NCBI RefSeq assembly: GCF_035634955.1
Contig: NZ_DASQBZ010000022.1
Span: 100,730 to 164,729 of the forward strand
Direction: 5' to 3'
DNA length: 64,000 bases
Origin: Variovorax sp.
GTDB lineage: Bacteria > Pseudomonadota > Gammaproteobacteria > Burkholderiales > Burkholderiaceae_C
Shown here: one piece after another, positions 25,737 to 34,110 of the stretch
Position numbering within the stretch: position 1 is the first letter of the stretch
Layout: the number at the start of each line of letters is the position of its first letter
The notes under the pieces: generated by a model
Database searches by the model: none
What the model was told of the DNA's origin: nothing
What the model saw: only the letters and a program-made list of their open reading frames with translations
Translations under genes and position numbers: made by a program

Positions 25737-26921
25737 ATGCCCATCGAACTATGGCCTCCGCTTCACCTCATCCGCAGTCAGCTGGAACCGGCCTCGCCGG
25801 TGCCGGGCGGCGAGCCGGTGCGGATGGCCGGCGTCGATGCGGACGGCGCGGCGGCGCGCGCGGCCATGCCGGCCGACCTGCTGCTGCCGCTGACCGAGCT
25901 GGCGCGCCGGCGCGAGGCGCTGGCCGCGCGGGCGTTCGGCGCGCGCTGGACGCCGGGGCGCCTTGTCGGCGTGCTGCTGGATGGCCGCCTGCTGGGCGTG
26001 CTGCTCGACCGCCAGGCGCCCGGCGGCGCGTGGCACGGCTTCATGGCCGCCGGCGAGGCCGACTGGGCCGGTCCGCACGACGTGCTGCTCGAGCCTGCCG
26101 ATGAACCCTTCGAGCCGCTGTTCGGAATGATCCAGGCCTGGAACCCGGTCACCCTGATGCCCGCGCCGCAATGGCTGGCGCGGGTGCAGGGCGAGGTTTC
26201 GGCCACGCGGCTGGCCGCCGTCCGCGCGGTGCACGACGAGCATGCGGCCGGCCACGTGCCGGACATCGCGTGCGAGCCCGGGCGCATCGCCCTGCGCACG
26301 ACCGGCGGGGGCGCGTTCAGCGTGCTCAGCGGCACCCCGCTCGCCCCGGACGACGAGCGCGGCGCCTACCAGCGGCTCTACCGCGACGCGGCCGCGCGCC
26401 TGGTCGCCGCCAGCCGCCGCCTGGCCGGTGCGGACGGCACCGGCGCCGCGCCGGCCCGACATGCCGGCCCGGCCGGTGGCGCGGCGGCCGGGGCCGTCGA
26501 CCGGACGGCGGATGCGGCGCCGGCCGCGGCGCCACCGCGCGCGGCGGACGACGGGCCCTGGCAACGCCTGCGGCGCTGGCTGGGCGCCGACGGCTGGGTC
26601 CGGCCCGCGTTCGCGCTGCTGGCGCTGGTGGTGGTCGTGCAGAACCTCGTGCTGCCCGGCGGCGCAGGCGACGCGGACGACGCGCTGCGCTTTCGCGGCC
26701 TGCCCGGAGCGGCGACCGACGCGCCCACCGCCGACCTGGCGCTCAGCTTCCGACCGGACGTGCGCATGGCCGACGCGCAGCGCCTGCTGCAATCGGTGCA
26801 GGCCGAGGTGGTGGCCGGGCCGGATGCGCGCGGGACCTGGTACCTGCGCGTGCCCGACGTGACCGCCAGCCGCGCCGCGCTGGCCGCCTCGCCGCTGGTC
26901 GGCGCGGTCGGGCCGCCCTGA
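25737..26921 (+). CDS. Single-pass membrane protein, putative anti-sigma factor
   Basis: RBS AGGA upstream. Cytoplasmic N-domain, A/P/G linker, TM 'PAFALLALVVVVQNLVL', 'LRFRG', and a C-terminal module 'LSFRPD..AQRLLQSVQAEVVAGPDARGTWYLRV' like that of protease-associated anti-sigma proteins. Confidence 0.55.
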   Translation: MPIELWPPLHLIRSQLEPASPVPGGEPVRMAGVDADGAAARAAMPADLLLPLTELARRREALAARAFGARWTPGRLVGVLLDGRLLGVLLDRQAPGGAWHGFMAAGEADWAGPHDVLLEPADEPFEPLFGMIQAWNPVTLMPAPQWLARVQGEVSATRLAAVRAVHDEHAAGHVPDIACEPGRIALRTTGGGAFSVLSGTPLAPDDERGAYQRLYRDAAARLVAASRRLAGADGTGAAPARHAGPAGGAAAGAVDRTADAAPAAAPPRAADDGPWQRLRRWLGADGWVRPAFALLALVVVVQNLVLPGGAGDADDALRFRGLPGAATDAPTADLALSFRPDVRMADAQRLLQSVQAEVVAGPDARGTWYLRVPDVTASRAALAASPLVGAVGPP

Positions 26922-26942
26922 CGCGCCGGAAGGGATTCGCCC

Positions 26943-28979
26943 ATGCACGCGCTGCTGCCACCGCCCCGCTGGATGCAGGCCCTGCTGCTGGGTGCGGCAC
27001 TGTTGCTGGCCGGCGGCCAGATACAGGCGGCACATGCGGCGCGGCGCGCGCTGCTGGTGGGCGTGTCGGAACTGGCCCACCAGAGCCCTTCGCTGTGGCT
27101 GCAGGCGCCGCGCAACGACGTGCTCCTGATGCGCGACGCGCTGCAGCGCCAGGGATTCGCGCCGGGCGAGATCGCCGTGCTGGCCGACGGCATCGACGGC
27201 GCCGCGCTGCCGGATTCGCGCGGCATCCACGACGCCCTGGCCGACCTGCTCGCCCGCTCGGGCAGCGGCGACTTCGTGCTGCTGTACTTCTCCGGCCACG
27301 GCACGCGCGTGCGCGACCGCGCCAAGGCGTACGCCGAGCCCGACGGCCTGGCCGAGAACTTCCTGGCGCGTGACGCGCTGCTGCCTCCCGGCGGGGGCGA
27401 CATGCCGCTGGCCGGCGGCCTGCGCGACGTCGACGTCGACGGCTGGATCCGCGCCTTCCTGGCGCGCGGCGTGTTCGTCTGGTCGGTGTTCGACACCTGC
27501 GCGGCCACCTCCATGACGCGCGGCGTGCGCGCCCTGCCGTCCGGCCCGGCAGACGCCGACATCGACGACGTCGACGACCCGGTGCGGTTTCGCGGCATCC
27601 GCCTCGACCAGCTGGCGCAGGCGCCGGCCGGCACGCCGCTGCCGGCCGACCTGGCGCCGCCGCCCTGGCCGCCGGTGCCGCGGGCGCGCTACGTCGCCTT
27701 CTTCGCGTCGGAAAGCCACCAGGTGACGCCCGAACTGCGCCTGCCGCGCGGCGATCGCAGCGCGCGACCGCAGGGACTGCTGACCTGGGCCGTCGCGCAG
27801 GCGATGGCGCGGCGGCCGGCCACCTTCCGCGAACTCTTCAACCAGGTGGTCTCGCTGCAGGCCCCGGTGATCGGCGAGCTGGCGCCGCGCTTTCCCACGC
27901 GCGAACTGCCGTCGCCGGTGGCCGAGGGCAACCTGGACCTGCCGCTGTACGGCGCCGCGCCGGCGCCGCTGACCACGCGGCCGGCCTGGCCGGCGCGGCG
28001 CGCGGGCGGCCAGCTGCTGCTGGCGGCGGGGTTGCTCGATGGCCTGGAGCCCGGCCAGCCGGTGCGGGTGCTGGCCACGCTGGAAGGCGGCGCGCAGCGC
28101 AGCGCCACGCTTGCGTTGACGGAGGTCGACCTCGGCACCGCGCAACTGCCGGTGCCGACCGCGCTGGCCGCGCTCGGCGACGACGCGCTGTGGAGCGTGG
28201 TGCCGTCGGCCGATTCGCCGTCCGCCCAGTTGCGGGTGGGTGGCGGCGTGGCGCTGCCGGCAGCGATCAGCCTGGCCTGGCCGGCCGCGCTCCGCGCCGC
28301 GAGCGCCGGCGAAGCGGCCGACGTGACGCTCGTGCGCACGGCCGACGGCGTGCAGGCCCGCATCGTCTCGCCCGACCTGGCCGCGCTGATCAACGAGCAG
28401 GCCGTGCCGCTGGCGGACCAGGACGCGTTGCGCACCTACCTGCAGGCGCTGGCAGAACTCAAGTGGCTCGGCCGCCTGCAGCGGCTCGCGCGGGGCCGGC
28501 AGCTCGACGGCTTCGATGCCACCGTCGAGGTCTGGTCCGGCAGCCGGCTGCTGCGCAGCGAGCCGGCCGAGGCCGGCAGCGGCGCGCCACTCGAAGCCGG
28601 CGAACGGCTGAGCCTGTCGGTGCGCAACGCCAGCGGCCAGTCGCTGGATCTGGTGGTGGTCGGCATCGATGCCGATGGCGCCATCCGGCAGGTGTATCCG
28701 CCGGCCATGAGCGAGACGAATCGCTTCGAGCGCGGCAGCCGCGAGCGGCCGGCCATGCAGCGCTTCGAGCTGCCGTGGCTGGACCCGGCGCGCGGCGGCC
28801 GCCTGCTGGTGGTGGCCGCGCCGGCCGCGCCTTTTTCCGCGCCGCGCCTGTTCGGCGCGGCCGCGCCGGATGCGACGCCGCCCGCCGGCATGCGGCTGCG
28901 CGGCACACGGCCGGCGGCGCCCGACGCGCGGCGCCAGCTGTACGGCGCGCTGGCCGCATGGCCCGCGGGCGCGCGATGA
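26943..28979 (+). CDS. Exported caspase-like peptidase (family C14, ortho/metacaspase type) with C-terminal DUF4384-like domain
   Basis: Signal peptide. 'ALLVGV..RNDV', catalytic His in 'YFSGHG' (27297-27299), catalytic Cys in 'FDTC' (27498-27500). C-terminal 'AGERLSLSVRN..DLVVVGIDADGAIRQVYP'. Confidence 0.88.
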   Translation: MHALLPPPRWMQALLLGAALLLAGGQIQAAHAARRALLVGVSELAHQSPSLWLQAPRNDVLLMRDALQRQGFAPGEIAVLADGIDGAALPDSRGIHDALADLLARSGSGDFVLLYFSGHGTRVRDRAKAYAEPDGLAENFLARDALLPPGGGDMPLAGGLRDVDVDGWIRAFLARGVFVWSVFDTCAATSMTRGVRALPSGPADADIDDVDDPVRFRGIRLDQLAQAPAGTPLPADLAPPPWPPVPRARYVAFFASESHQVTPELRLPRGDRSARPQGLLTWAVAQAMARRPATFRELFNQVVSLQAPVIGELAPRFPTRELPSPVAEGNLDLPLYGAAPAPLTTRPAWPARRAGGQLLLAAGLLDGLEPGQPVRVLATLEGGAQRSATLALTEVDLGTAQLPVPTALAALGDDALWSVVPSADSPSAQLRVGGGVALPAAISLAWPAALRAASAGEAADVTLVRTADGVQARIVSPDLAALINEQAVPLADQDALRTYLQALAELKWLGRLQRLARGRQLDGFDATVEVWSGSRLLRSEPAEAGSGAPLEAGERLSLSVRNASGQSLDLVVVGIDADGAIRQVYPPAMSETNRFERGSRERPAMQRFELPWLDPARGGRLLVVAAPAAPFSAPRLFGAAAPDATPPAGMRLRGTRPAAPDARRQLYGALAAWPAGAR

Positions 28980-29004
28980 ACGATCCCCACGCACGGAGCA
29001 CGCC

Positions 29005-29562
29005 ATGAACCTGAACGCGGATGCACAACTGGATGCGGGCGAGGTGCAACGCCTGCTCGACCACATGTCGCAGGAGACCGGCAACGACTACCTGATGCTG
29101 ATCGAGAGCAAGGGCAGCGCGGTCGAAGGCGAATCCAGCCGCGCCTTCGAGGACGGCAAGCGGCGCATGCAGATCGGCGGCTACAGCTACGTGGCCGCGG
29201 TGCAGACCCCGCCGGGCACCGCCAAGGGCCAGGTGCGCATGAGCGCCGTCATGGTCGTGCGCGAATGCGATGCGGCCACGGCCACCATCGCCAGTCTGCT
29301 GAAGAACCAGGAGAGCGACCTGAAGGTGCAGATCTCCGTGTTCAAGGCCAGCGGCGACAGCTCCAGCGACCAGCAGCCGATGCTGGAGTTCGTGCTGGAG
29401 AACGCGCGCATCACCACGCAGGCGATTCTCACCGGCGGCAATCCGCGCCGGCCTTGCGAGATCATCTGCCTGACGCCGCGCAAGCTGGAGATCCGCTCGG
29501 CGCCGCAGCAGCAGACGGGCCTGCGCGGTGCGGTGCGCACCTGCACGTTGACCCAGCCCTAG
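29005..29562 (+). CDS. Divergent Hcp-like protein with N-terminal extension
   Basis: 'YLMLIESKGSAVEGES', 'VMVVRECDAATATI', 'VFKASG..QPMLEFVLENARIT', 'EIICLTPRKLEIRSAPQ' follow the Hcp pattern. RBS GGAG upstream. Confidence 0.7.
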   Translation: MNLNADAQLDAGEVQRLLDHMSQETGNDYLMLIESKGSAVEGESSRAFEDGKRRMQIGGYSYVAAVQTPPGTAKGQVRMSAVMVVRECDAATATIASLLKNQESDLKVQISVFKASGDSSSDQQPMLEFVLENARITTQAILTGGNPRRPCEIICLTPRKLEIRSAPQQQTGLRGAVRTCTLTQP

Positions 29563-29729
29563 CAGGCCGCACGGGCGCCGCGCGGACATTGCGCGCGGGG
29601 CGTCCCTCCCCTGACATACGCCGCCCGGCAGATGCGCCGCGCCGCGGTCGTGCCTAAGCTTTTGCTCAACAGATCCGCGCTGGCGCGCCGTGCGTTGCGT
29701 GCCCATCAACGCCATCGCAAGGACCCGCC

Positions 29730-30560
29730 ATGACCCGCTCCGCAGAGATGCTCCAGGCGGCCGACCCGGCCGGTGCGCTCCAGGCCCTGACCGACGAGAT
29801 CCGCGCCAGGCCGGCCGACGCGAAGCTGCGCGTGTTCATGGCGCAACTGCTGTGCGTACTCGGCCAGTGGGAGCGCGCAATCAACCAGCTGACCGTGGCC
29901 GCCGAGATGGACGCGCTGGCGGTGCCGATGAAGCAGGTCTACGGCGACGCGATCCGCTGCGAGAGCCTGCGCGCCGATGTCTTTGCCGGCCGGCGCACGC
30001 CGATGATCTTCGGCGAGCCGGACCCGTGGCTCGCCCTGCTCATCGAATCGCTGCTGCGCCTCGGCGCGGGCGAGCCCGACATGGCCGAGGACCTGCGCGT
30101 GCGTGCCTTCGATGCCGCGCCGGCGAGTCCCGGCACCATCGACGGCGAGGCTTTCCAATGGCTGGCCGATGCCGACATGCGCCTGGGCCCGGTGCTGGAG
30201 GCGTTCGTCAACGGACGCTACTACTGGGTGCCGTTCGCGCGCCTGGCGCAGGTGCGGCTGGAGCCGCCGGAGGATCTGCGCGACATGGTGTGGCTGCCGG
30301 CGCACCTGGTCTTCGAGAACGGCGGCGAGACGCTGGCGCTGATCCCGTCGCGCTACGAAGGCAGCGAGCATGCCGCCGACGGCGCGGTGCAGCTGGCGCG
30401 CAAGACCGAGTGGCGCGCGCTGCGCCCCGATGTCTGGGCCGGCCTGGGCCAGCGCATGTGGAGCAGCGACATCGGCGACGAAGGCAGCGAGCACCCGATG
30501 CTGCAGGTGCGCGCGATCGACTTCGCGCCGCAGGCCGGGGCGGGGCAGGCGGATGCCTGA
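29730..30560 (+). CDS. tagJ: T6SS accessory TagJ (ImpE)
   Basis: 'QLLCVLGQWERAINQL', 'WLADADMRLGPVLE', 'YYWVPF', 'LIPSRY', 'GLGQR'. Confidence 0.93.
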   Translation: MTRSAEMLQAADPAGALQALTDEIRARPADAKLRVFMAQLLCVLGQWERAINQLTVAAEMDALAVPMKQVYGDAIRCESLRADVFAGRRTPMIFGEPDPWLALLIESLLRLGAGEPDMAEDLRVRAFDAAPASPGTIDGEAFQWLADADMRLGPVLEAFVNGRYYWVPFARLAQVRLEPPEDLRDMVWLPAHLVFENGGETLALIPSRYEGSEHAADGAVQLARKTEWRALRPDVWAGLGQRMWSSDIGDEGSEHPMLQVRAIDFAPQAGAGQADA

Positions 30561-31059
30561 GCTGACCGCGCAGGAGCGGCTGCAGCCGTCGCTGCTCGAT
30601 CGTCTGGTGGACCATGCGCCGGGCGAGACGCGCGAAGGCGACGAGCAGCGCGTGCTGACCCGCCAGGCGCTGCGCGAGGCGGTGCTGCGCGACCTCAGCT
30701 GGTTGTTCAACGCCACCGAGATGGGACCGCGCGTCATCGACGAGCGGCGACATCCGCACGCGGCGCGCTCGGTGCTGAACTACGGATTGCCTATGCTGTC
30801 CGGCCAGTTCACCTCGTCGGTGCAGCGTGCCAGCATGGAACAGGCACTCAGGAACGCGATCACGCAGTTCGAGCCGCGCATCCTGCCCCGCACCCTCGAA
30901 GTGGAACTTCTCATGGAAGGCTCGGCCCTCGAATCGCACAACCGCATCGGGCTGGTCATCCGCGGCATGCTGTGGGCGCAGCCGGTGCCGCTGGAGTTCC
31001 TCATGCGCAGCCGCATCGACCTCGAGGAAGGGCGCATCGAGATCGAGGACGGCCGCTGA
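30553..31059 (+). CDS. tssE: T6SS baseplate TssE
   Basis: 'ERLQPSLLDRL', 'VLRDLSWLFN', 'SVLNYGLP', 'FEPRI'. Confidence 0.95.
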   Translation: MPELTAQERLQPSLLDRLVDHAPGETREGDEQRVLTRQALREAVLRDLSWLFNATEMGPRVIDERRHPHAARSVLNYGLPMLSGQFTSSVQRASMEQALRNAITQFEPRILPRTLEVELLMEGSALESHNRIGLVIRGMLWAQPVPLEFLMRSRIDLEEGRIEIEDGR

Positions 31060-31087
31060 CCGGTTCGCCGGCGCCGCAGGAACGACC

Positions 31088-32986
31088 ATGGATCCCAGGC
31101 TGCTGAACCTCTACGAACAGGAGCTTCGCTACTTCCGCGAAAGCGGCGCGGAGTTCGCGCAGGCGTTCCCGAAGATCGCGCATCGACTCGGCATGGAAGG
31201 CCAGGAGGTCGCCGACCCGTACGTGGAGCGGCTGATCGAGGCGACCGCATTCCTCTCGGCCCGGGTCGGCCTGAAGCTGGACGCCGAATACCCGCGCTTC
31301 ACCGGGCACCTGCTGGACATCGTCTATCCGAACTTCCTGGCGCCCACGCCCGCCATGATGGTCGCCGGCCTGGAGCCCGACACCGAGGACGCCAGCCTGG
31401 CCACCGGCCCGACCGTGCCACGCGGCAGCGGCCTGCGCGCGCGCCATGCGGCCGGGCTGCACACCTACTGCGAGTTCCGCACCAGCCATGCGGTGCGGCT
31501 GTGGCCGGTGCAGGTGCGCCGGGCCCAGTACTTCAGCTACGCGCCCGACCTGCCGCTGGCCCAGCACCCCGCGGGCCGGGACATCCGCGGCGGCCTGCGC
31601 ATCGCGTTGCATGCCGGTGGCGGGCTGCAGTTCCGGCAGCTGCCGATCGACGAGCTGGTGTTCCATCTCGCGGGCGCCGACGACGTGGCCTGGCAACTGC
31701 ACGCCTGCCTGCTGGGCAAGCCGCTCGGCGTGATGGTTCAGCCGCTGTCGGCCGCCGGGCAGGCGACCGGGCAGGCCGGCGCGATCCGCCACCTGCCGGC
31801 GCAATGCGTGGCGCCGGTGGGCTTCGAGGACGACGAGGCACTCCTGCCGGTGACGGCCACGGGCTTCTCGGGGCATCGCCTGGTGCAGGAGTACTTCGCC
31901 TTCGCCCAGCGCTTCCAGTTCGTGCGCATCACCGGCCTGGCCGAGGCGCTGGCGCAGGTGGCCGGCAGCGACGTGGAACTGGTCGTGCTCTTCTCGCGCG
32001 GCGATGCCGCGCTGGAAAAGCTGGTGAGCGCGGACAACCTGCGCCTGCACTGCGTGCCGGCGATCAACTTGTTCTCCAGGCGGCTGGACCGCGTGGTGGT
32101 CAACGAAGGGGCCAGCCAGTTCCACCTGCTGGCCGATCGCACCCGTCCGCAGGACTTCGAGGTGCACAGCGTGCAGTCGGTGGTGGGCCACGGCAGCCCC
32201 GGCAATGGCGACGTGGCCGAGACCACCTTCCTGCCCTTCTATGCCGCCTTCCACGGCGCGCGGCCGGGGCATCCGGCCTACTTCACCACCACGCGCGAGC
32301 CGCGCGTGCATTCGCAGCGCCAGCGCAGCGAGGGCCACCGCAGCAGCCACATCGGCTCCGAGCTGTACATGCAGATCGTGGACGCGCAGCAGGCGCCGTA
32401 CGCCGCCTCGCTGCGCCAGCTGGCGGTGACCGCGCTGGTCACCAACCGCGATCTGCCGCTGCTGATGCCGCTGGGTCAGGGCAACGACTTCGAATGCATG
32501 GACTCGCAGCCGGTGCAGCGCGTGCGCGTGCTGCGCGGCCCGTCGCGCCCGGTGTCGCCGGTGGTCAGCCAGGGACTGGGCTGGCGCGTGCTCGACCACC
32601 TGGCGCTGAACTACCTTTCGCTGGCCGACAGCACCGCGCAGGAAGGCGCGGCCGCGCTGCGAGAGATGCTGATGCTCTACGCGGCGCACGGCGACGAGGC
32701 GCGCCAGTCGCAGGTGCGCGGCCTGTTGTCGGTCAAGTCGCGCCCGGTGGTGCGGCGCCTGCCGCTGCCGGGTCCGATCGCCTTCGGCCGAGGGCTCGAG
32801 GTGGCGCTGGAAGTGGACGCGGCCGCCTTTCGCGGCCACAGCGCGTTCCTGTTCGGGGCGGTGCTGGCGCGCTTCCTGGCGCGGCATGTCGAGGTGAACC
32901 ATTTCGTCGAGACCGCGCTGGTGCTGGCCGGCCGCGGCGAGGTCATGCGCTGGAGGCCGCTGTGCGGAACCCGACCGATCCTGTAG
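31088..32986 (+). CDS. tssF: T6SS baseplate TssF
   Basis: 'MDPRLLNLYEQELRYFRE..EFA..FPKIA', 'DPYVERLIEATAFL', 'LHCVPAINLF'. Confidence 0.96.
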   Translation: MDPRLLNLYEQELRYFRESGAEFAQAFPKIAHRLGMEGQEVADPYVERLIEATAFLSARVGLKLDAEYPRFTGHLLDIVYPNFLAPTPAMMVAGLEPDTEDASLATGPTVPRGSGLRARHAAGLHTYCEFRTSHAVRLWPVQVRRAQYFSYAPDLPLAQHPAGRDIRGGLRIALHAGGGLQFRQLPIDELVFHLAGADDVAWQLHACLLGKPLGVMVQPLSAAGQATGQAGAIRHLPAQCVAPVGFEDDEALLPVTATGFSGHRLVQEYFAFAQRFQFVRITGLAEALAQVAGSDVELVVLFSRGDAALEKLVSADNLRLHCVPAINLFSRRLDRVVVNEGASQFHLLADRTRPQDFEVHSVQSVVGHGSPGNGDVAETTFLPFYAAFHGARPGHPAYFTTTREPRVHSQRQRSEGHRSSHIGSELYMQIVDAQQAPYAASLRQLAVTALVTNRDLPLLMPLGQGNDFECMDSQPVQRVRVLRGPSRPVSPVVSQGLGWRVLDHLALNYLSLADSTAQEGAAALREMLMLYAAHGDEARQSQVRGLLSVKSRPVVRRLPLPGPIAFGRGLEVALEVDAAAFRGHSAFLFGAVLARFLARHVEVNHFVETALVLAGRGEVMRWRPLCGTRPIL

Positions 32987-34110
32987 CGCCAGCGGCCGTG
33001 CACGACGGCGGCGCGCCGGCGCCGGGCACGCCGCGCGAGCGGGTCGCAGCCTGGCTGCAGGCGCGATGCGCAGCGCCTTGGGCGTACGACTACTTCGCCG
33101 TCATGCGCCGCCTCGAGGCGGTGGCCGCGCCGGCGCCGCGCTGGGGCCACGCGCTGCTGCCCGGTGCCGAGCCGGTGCGCGTCGGGCAGGAGGCCTCGCT
33201 GTCGTTCGCGCCGTCCAGCCTGAGCGGCTTCGAGCCCGGCGCCACGCCTGCGCCGCGCCTGCGCCAGGCCTTCTTCGGCTACATGGGCCCGAACGGGCCG
33301 CTGCCGCTGCACCTGAGCGACTTCATCCGCGAGCGCACCCGCAACCACGGCGACCCCACCTGGCTCGCCTTCCTGGACGGATTCGCGCACCGGTTCTCGC
33401 TGTACTTCTACCGGGCCTGGGCCCAGGCCCGGCCGGCGGTGGGCATGGACCGGCCGCAGGAGGACGGCTTCCGGCGCCGGCTGGGCGCGCTGGTGGGCGT
33501 GGGCACCGCGGCGCGCTGCGGGCGCGACGAAGTGCCCGACGACGCGCGCCTGTACTTCTCCGGCTGGCTCGGACGCCAGGTGCACAGCACCGAGGCGGTG
33601 GAGCGCGTGCTGACCCGCTACTTCGACGTGCCGGTGCGGCTCGAACCCTGGGTCGGCCACTGGATGGCACTGCCGGCGTCCGACCTGACGCGGCTCGGCC
33701 GCGGCGGCGCCGCCGGTGCGCTCGGCGCCGGCGCCATGCTCGGAAGCCGGGCCTGGGACCGGCAGCATCGCGTGCGGTTGCACGTGGGGCCGCTGTCGCT
33801 GGCCGAGTACCGGCGCTTCCTGCCCACCGGTGCCGCCCGGCCGCAGCTGCAGCGCTGGATGCAGCAGCTGCTGGCCGACGAGCTGTTCTGGGACGCGCAA
33901 CTGGTGCTGCACAAGGCGCAGGTGCCCGACACCCGCCTGGGGCGGCACCGCGGCAATGCGCCGCGCCTGGGCTGGGTGTCCTGGCTCGGCGCGGGGCCGC
34001 GCCGGCGCGACGCGGCCGACGTGCGCATCGACGGGGACGCGCGCTACGCGGCGGCAGCCGCCTGCGCGCCGCCAGTTTCCGCCGCGCCCGACACAGGAGA
34101 CACGCCATGA
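32962..34110 (+). CDS. tssG: T6SS baseplate TssG
   Basis: GTG start at 32962 after GGAGG. 'FFGYMGPNGPLPLHL', 'FLDGFAHR', 'LGWVSWLG'. Confidence 0.93.
   Translation: MRNPTDPVAPAAVHDGGAPAPGTPRERVAAWLQARCAAPWAYDYFAVMRRLEAVAAPAPRWGHALLPGAEPVRVGQEASLSFAPSSLSGFEPGATPAPRLRQAFFGYMGPNGPLPLHLSDFIRERTRNHGDPTWLAFLDGFAHRFSLYFYRAWAQARPAVGMDRPQEDGFRRRLGALVGVGTAARCGRDEVPDDARLYFSGWLGRQVHSTEAVERVLTRYFDVPVRLEPWVGHWMALPASDLTRLGRGGAAGALGAGAMLGSRAWDRQHRVRLHVGPLSLAEYRRFLPTGAARPQLQRWMQQLLADELFWDAQLVLHKAQVPDTRLGRHRGNAPRLGWVSWLGAGPRRRDAADVRIDGDARYAAAAACAPPVSAAPDTGDTP

Noticed and set aside
29646-29698. Possible sigma54 promoter upstream of tagJ
   Set aside because: TGGCGC and TTGC have 13 nt between GG and GC instead of 10. 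The alternative GG-N10-GC lacks consensus flanks.
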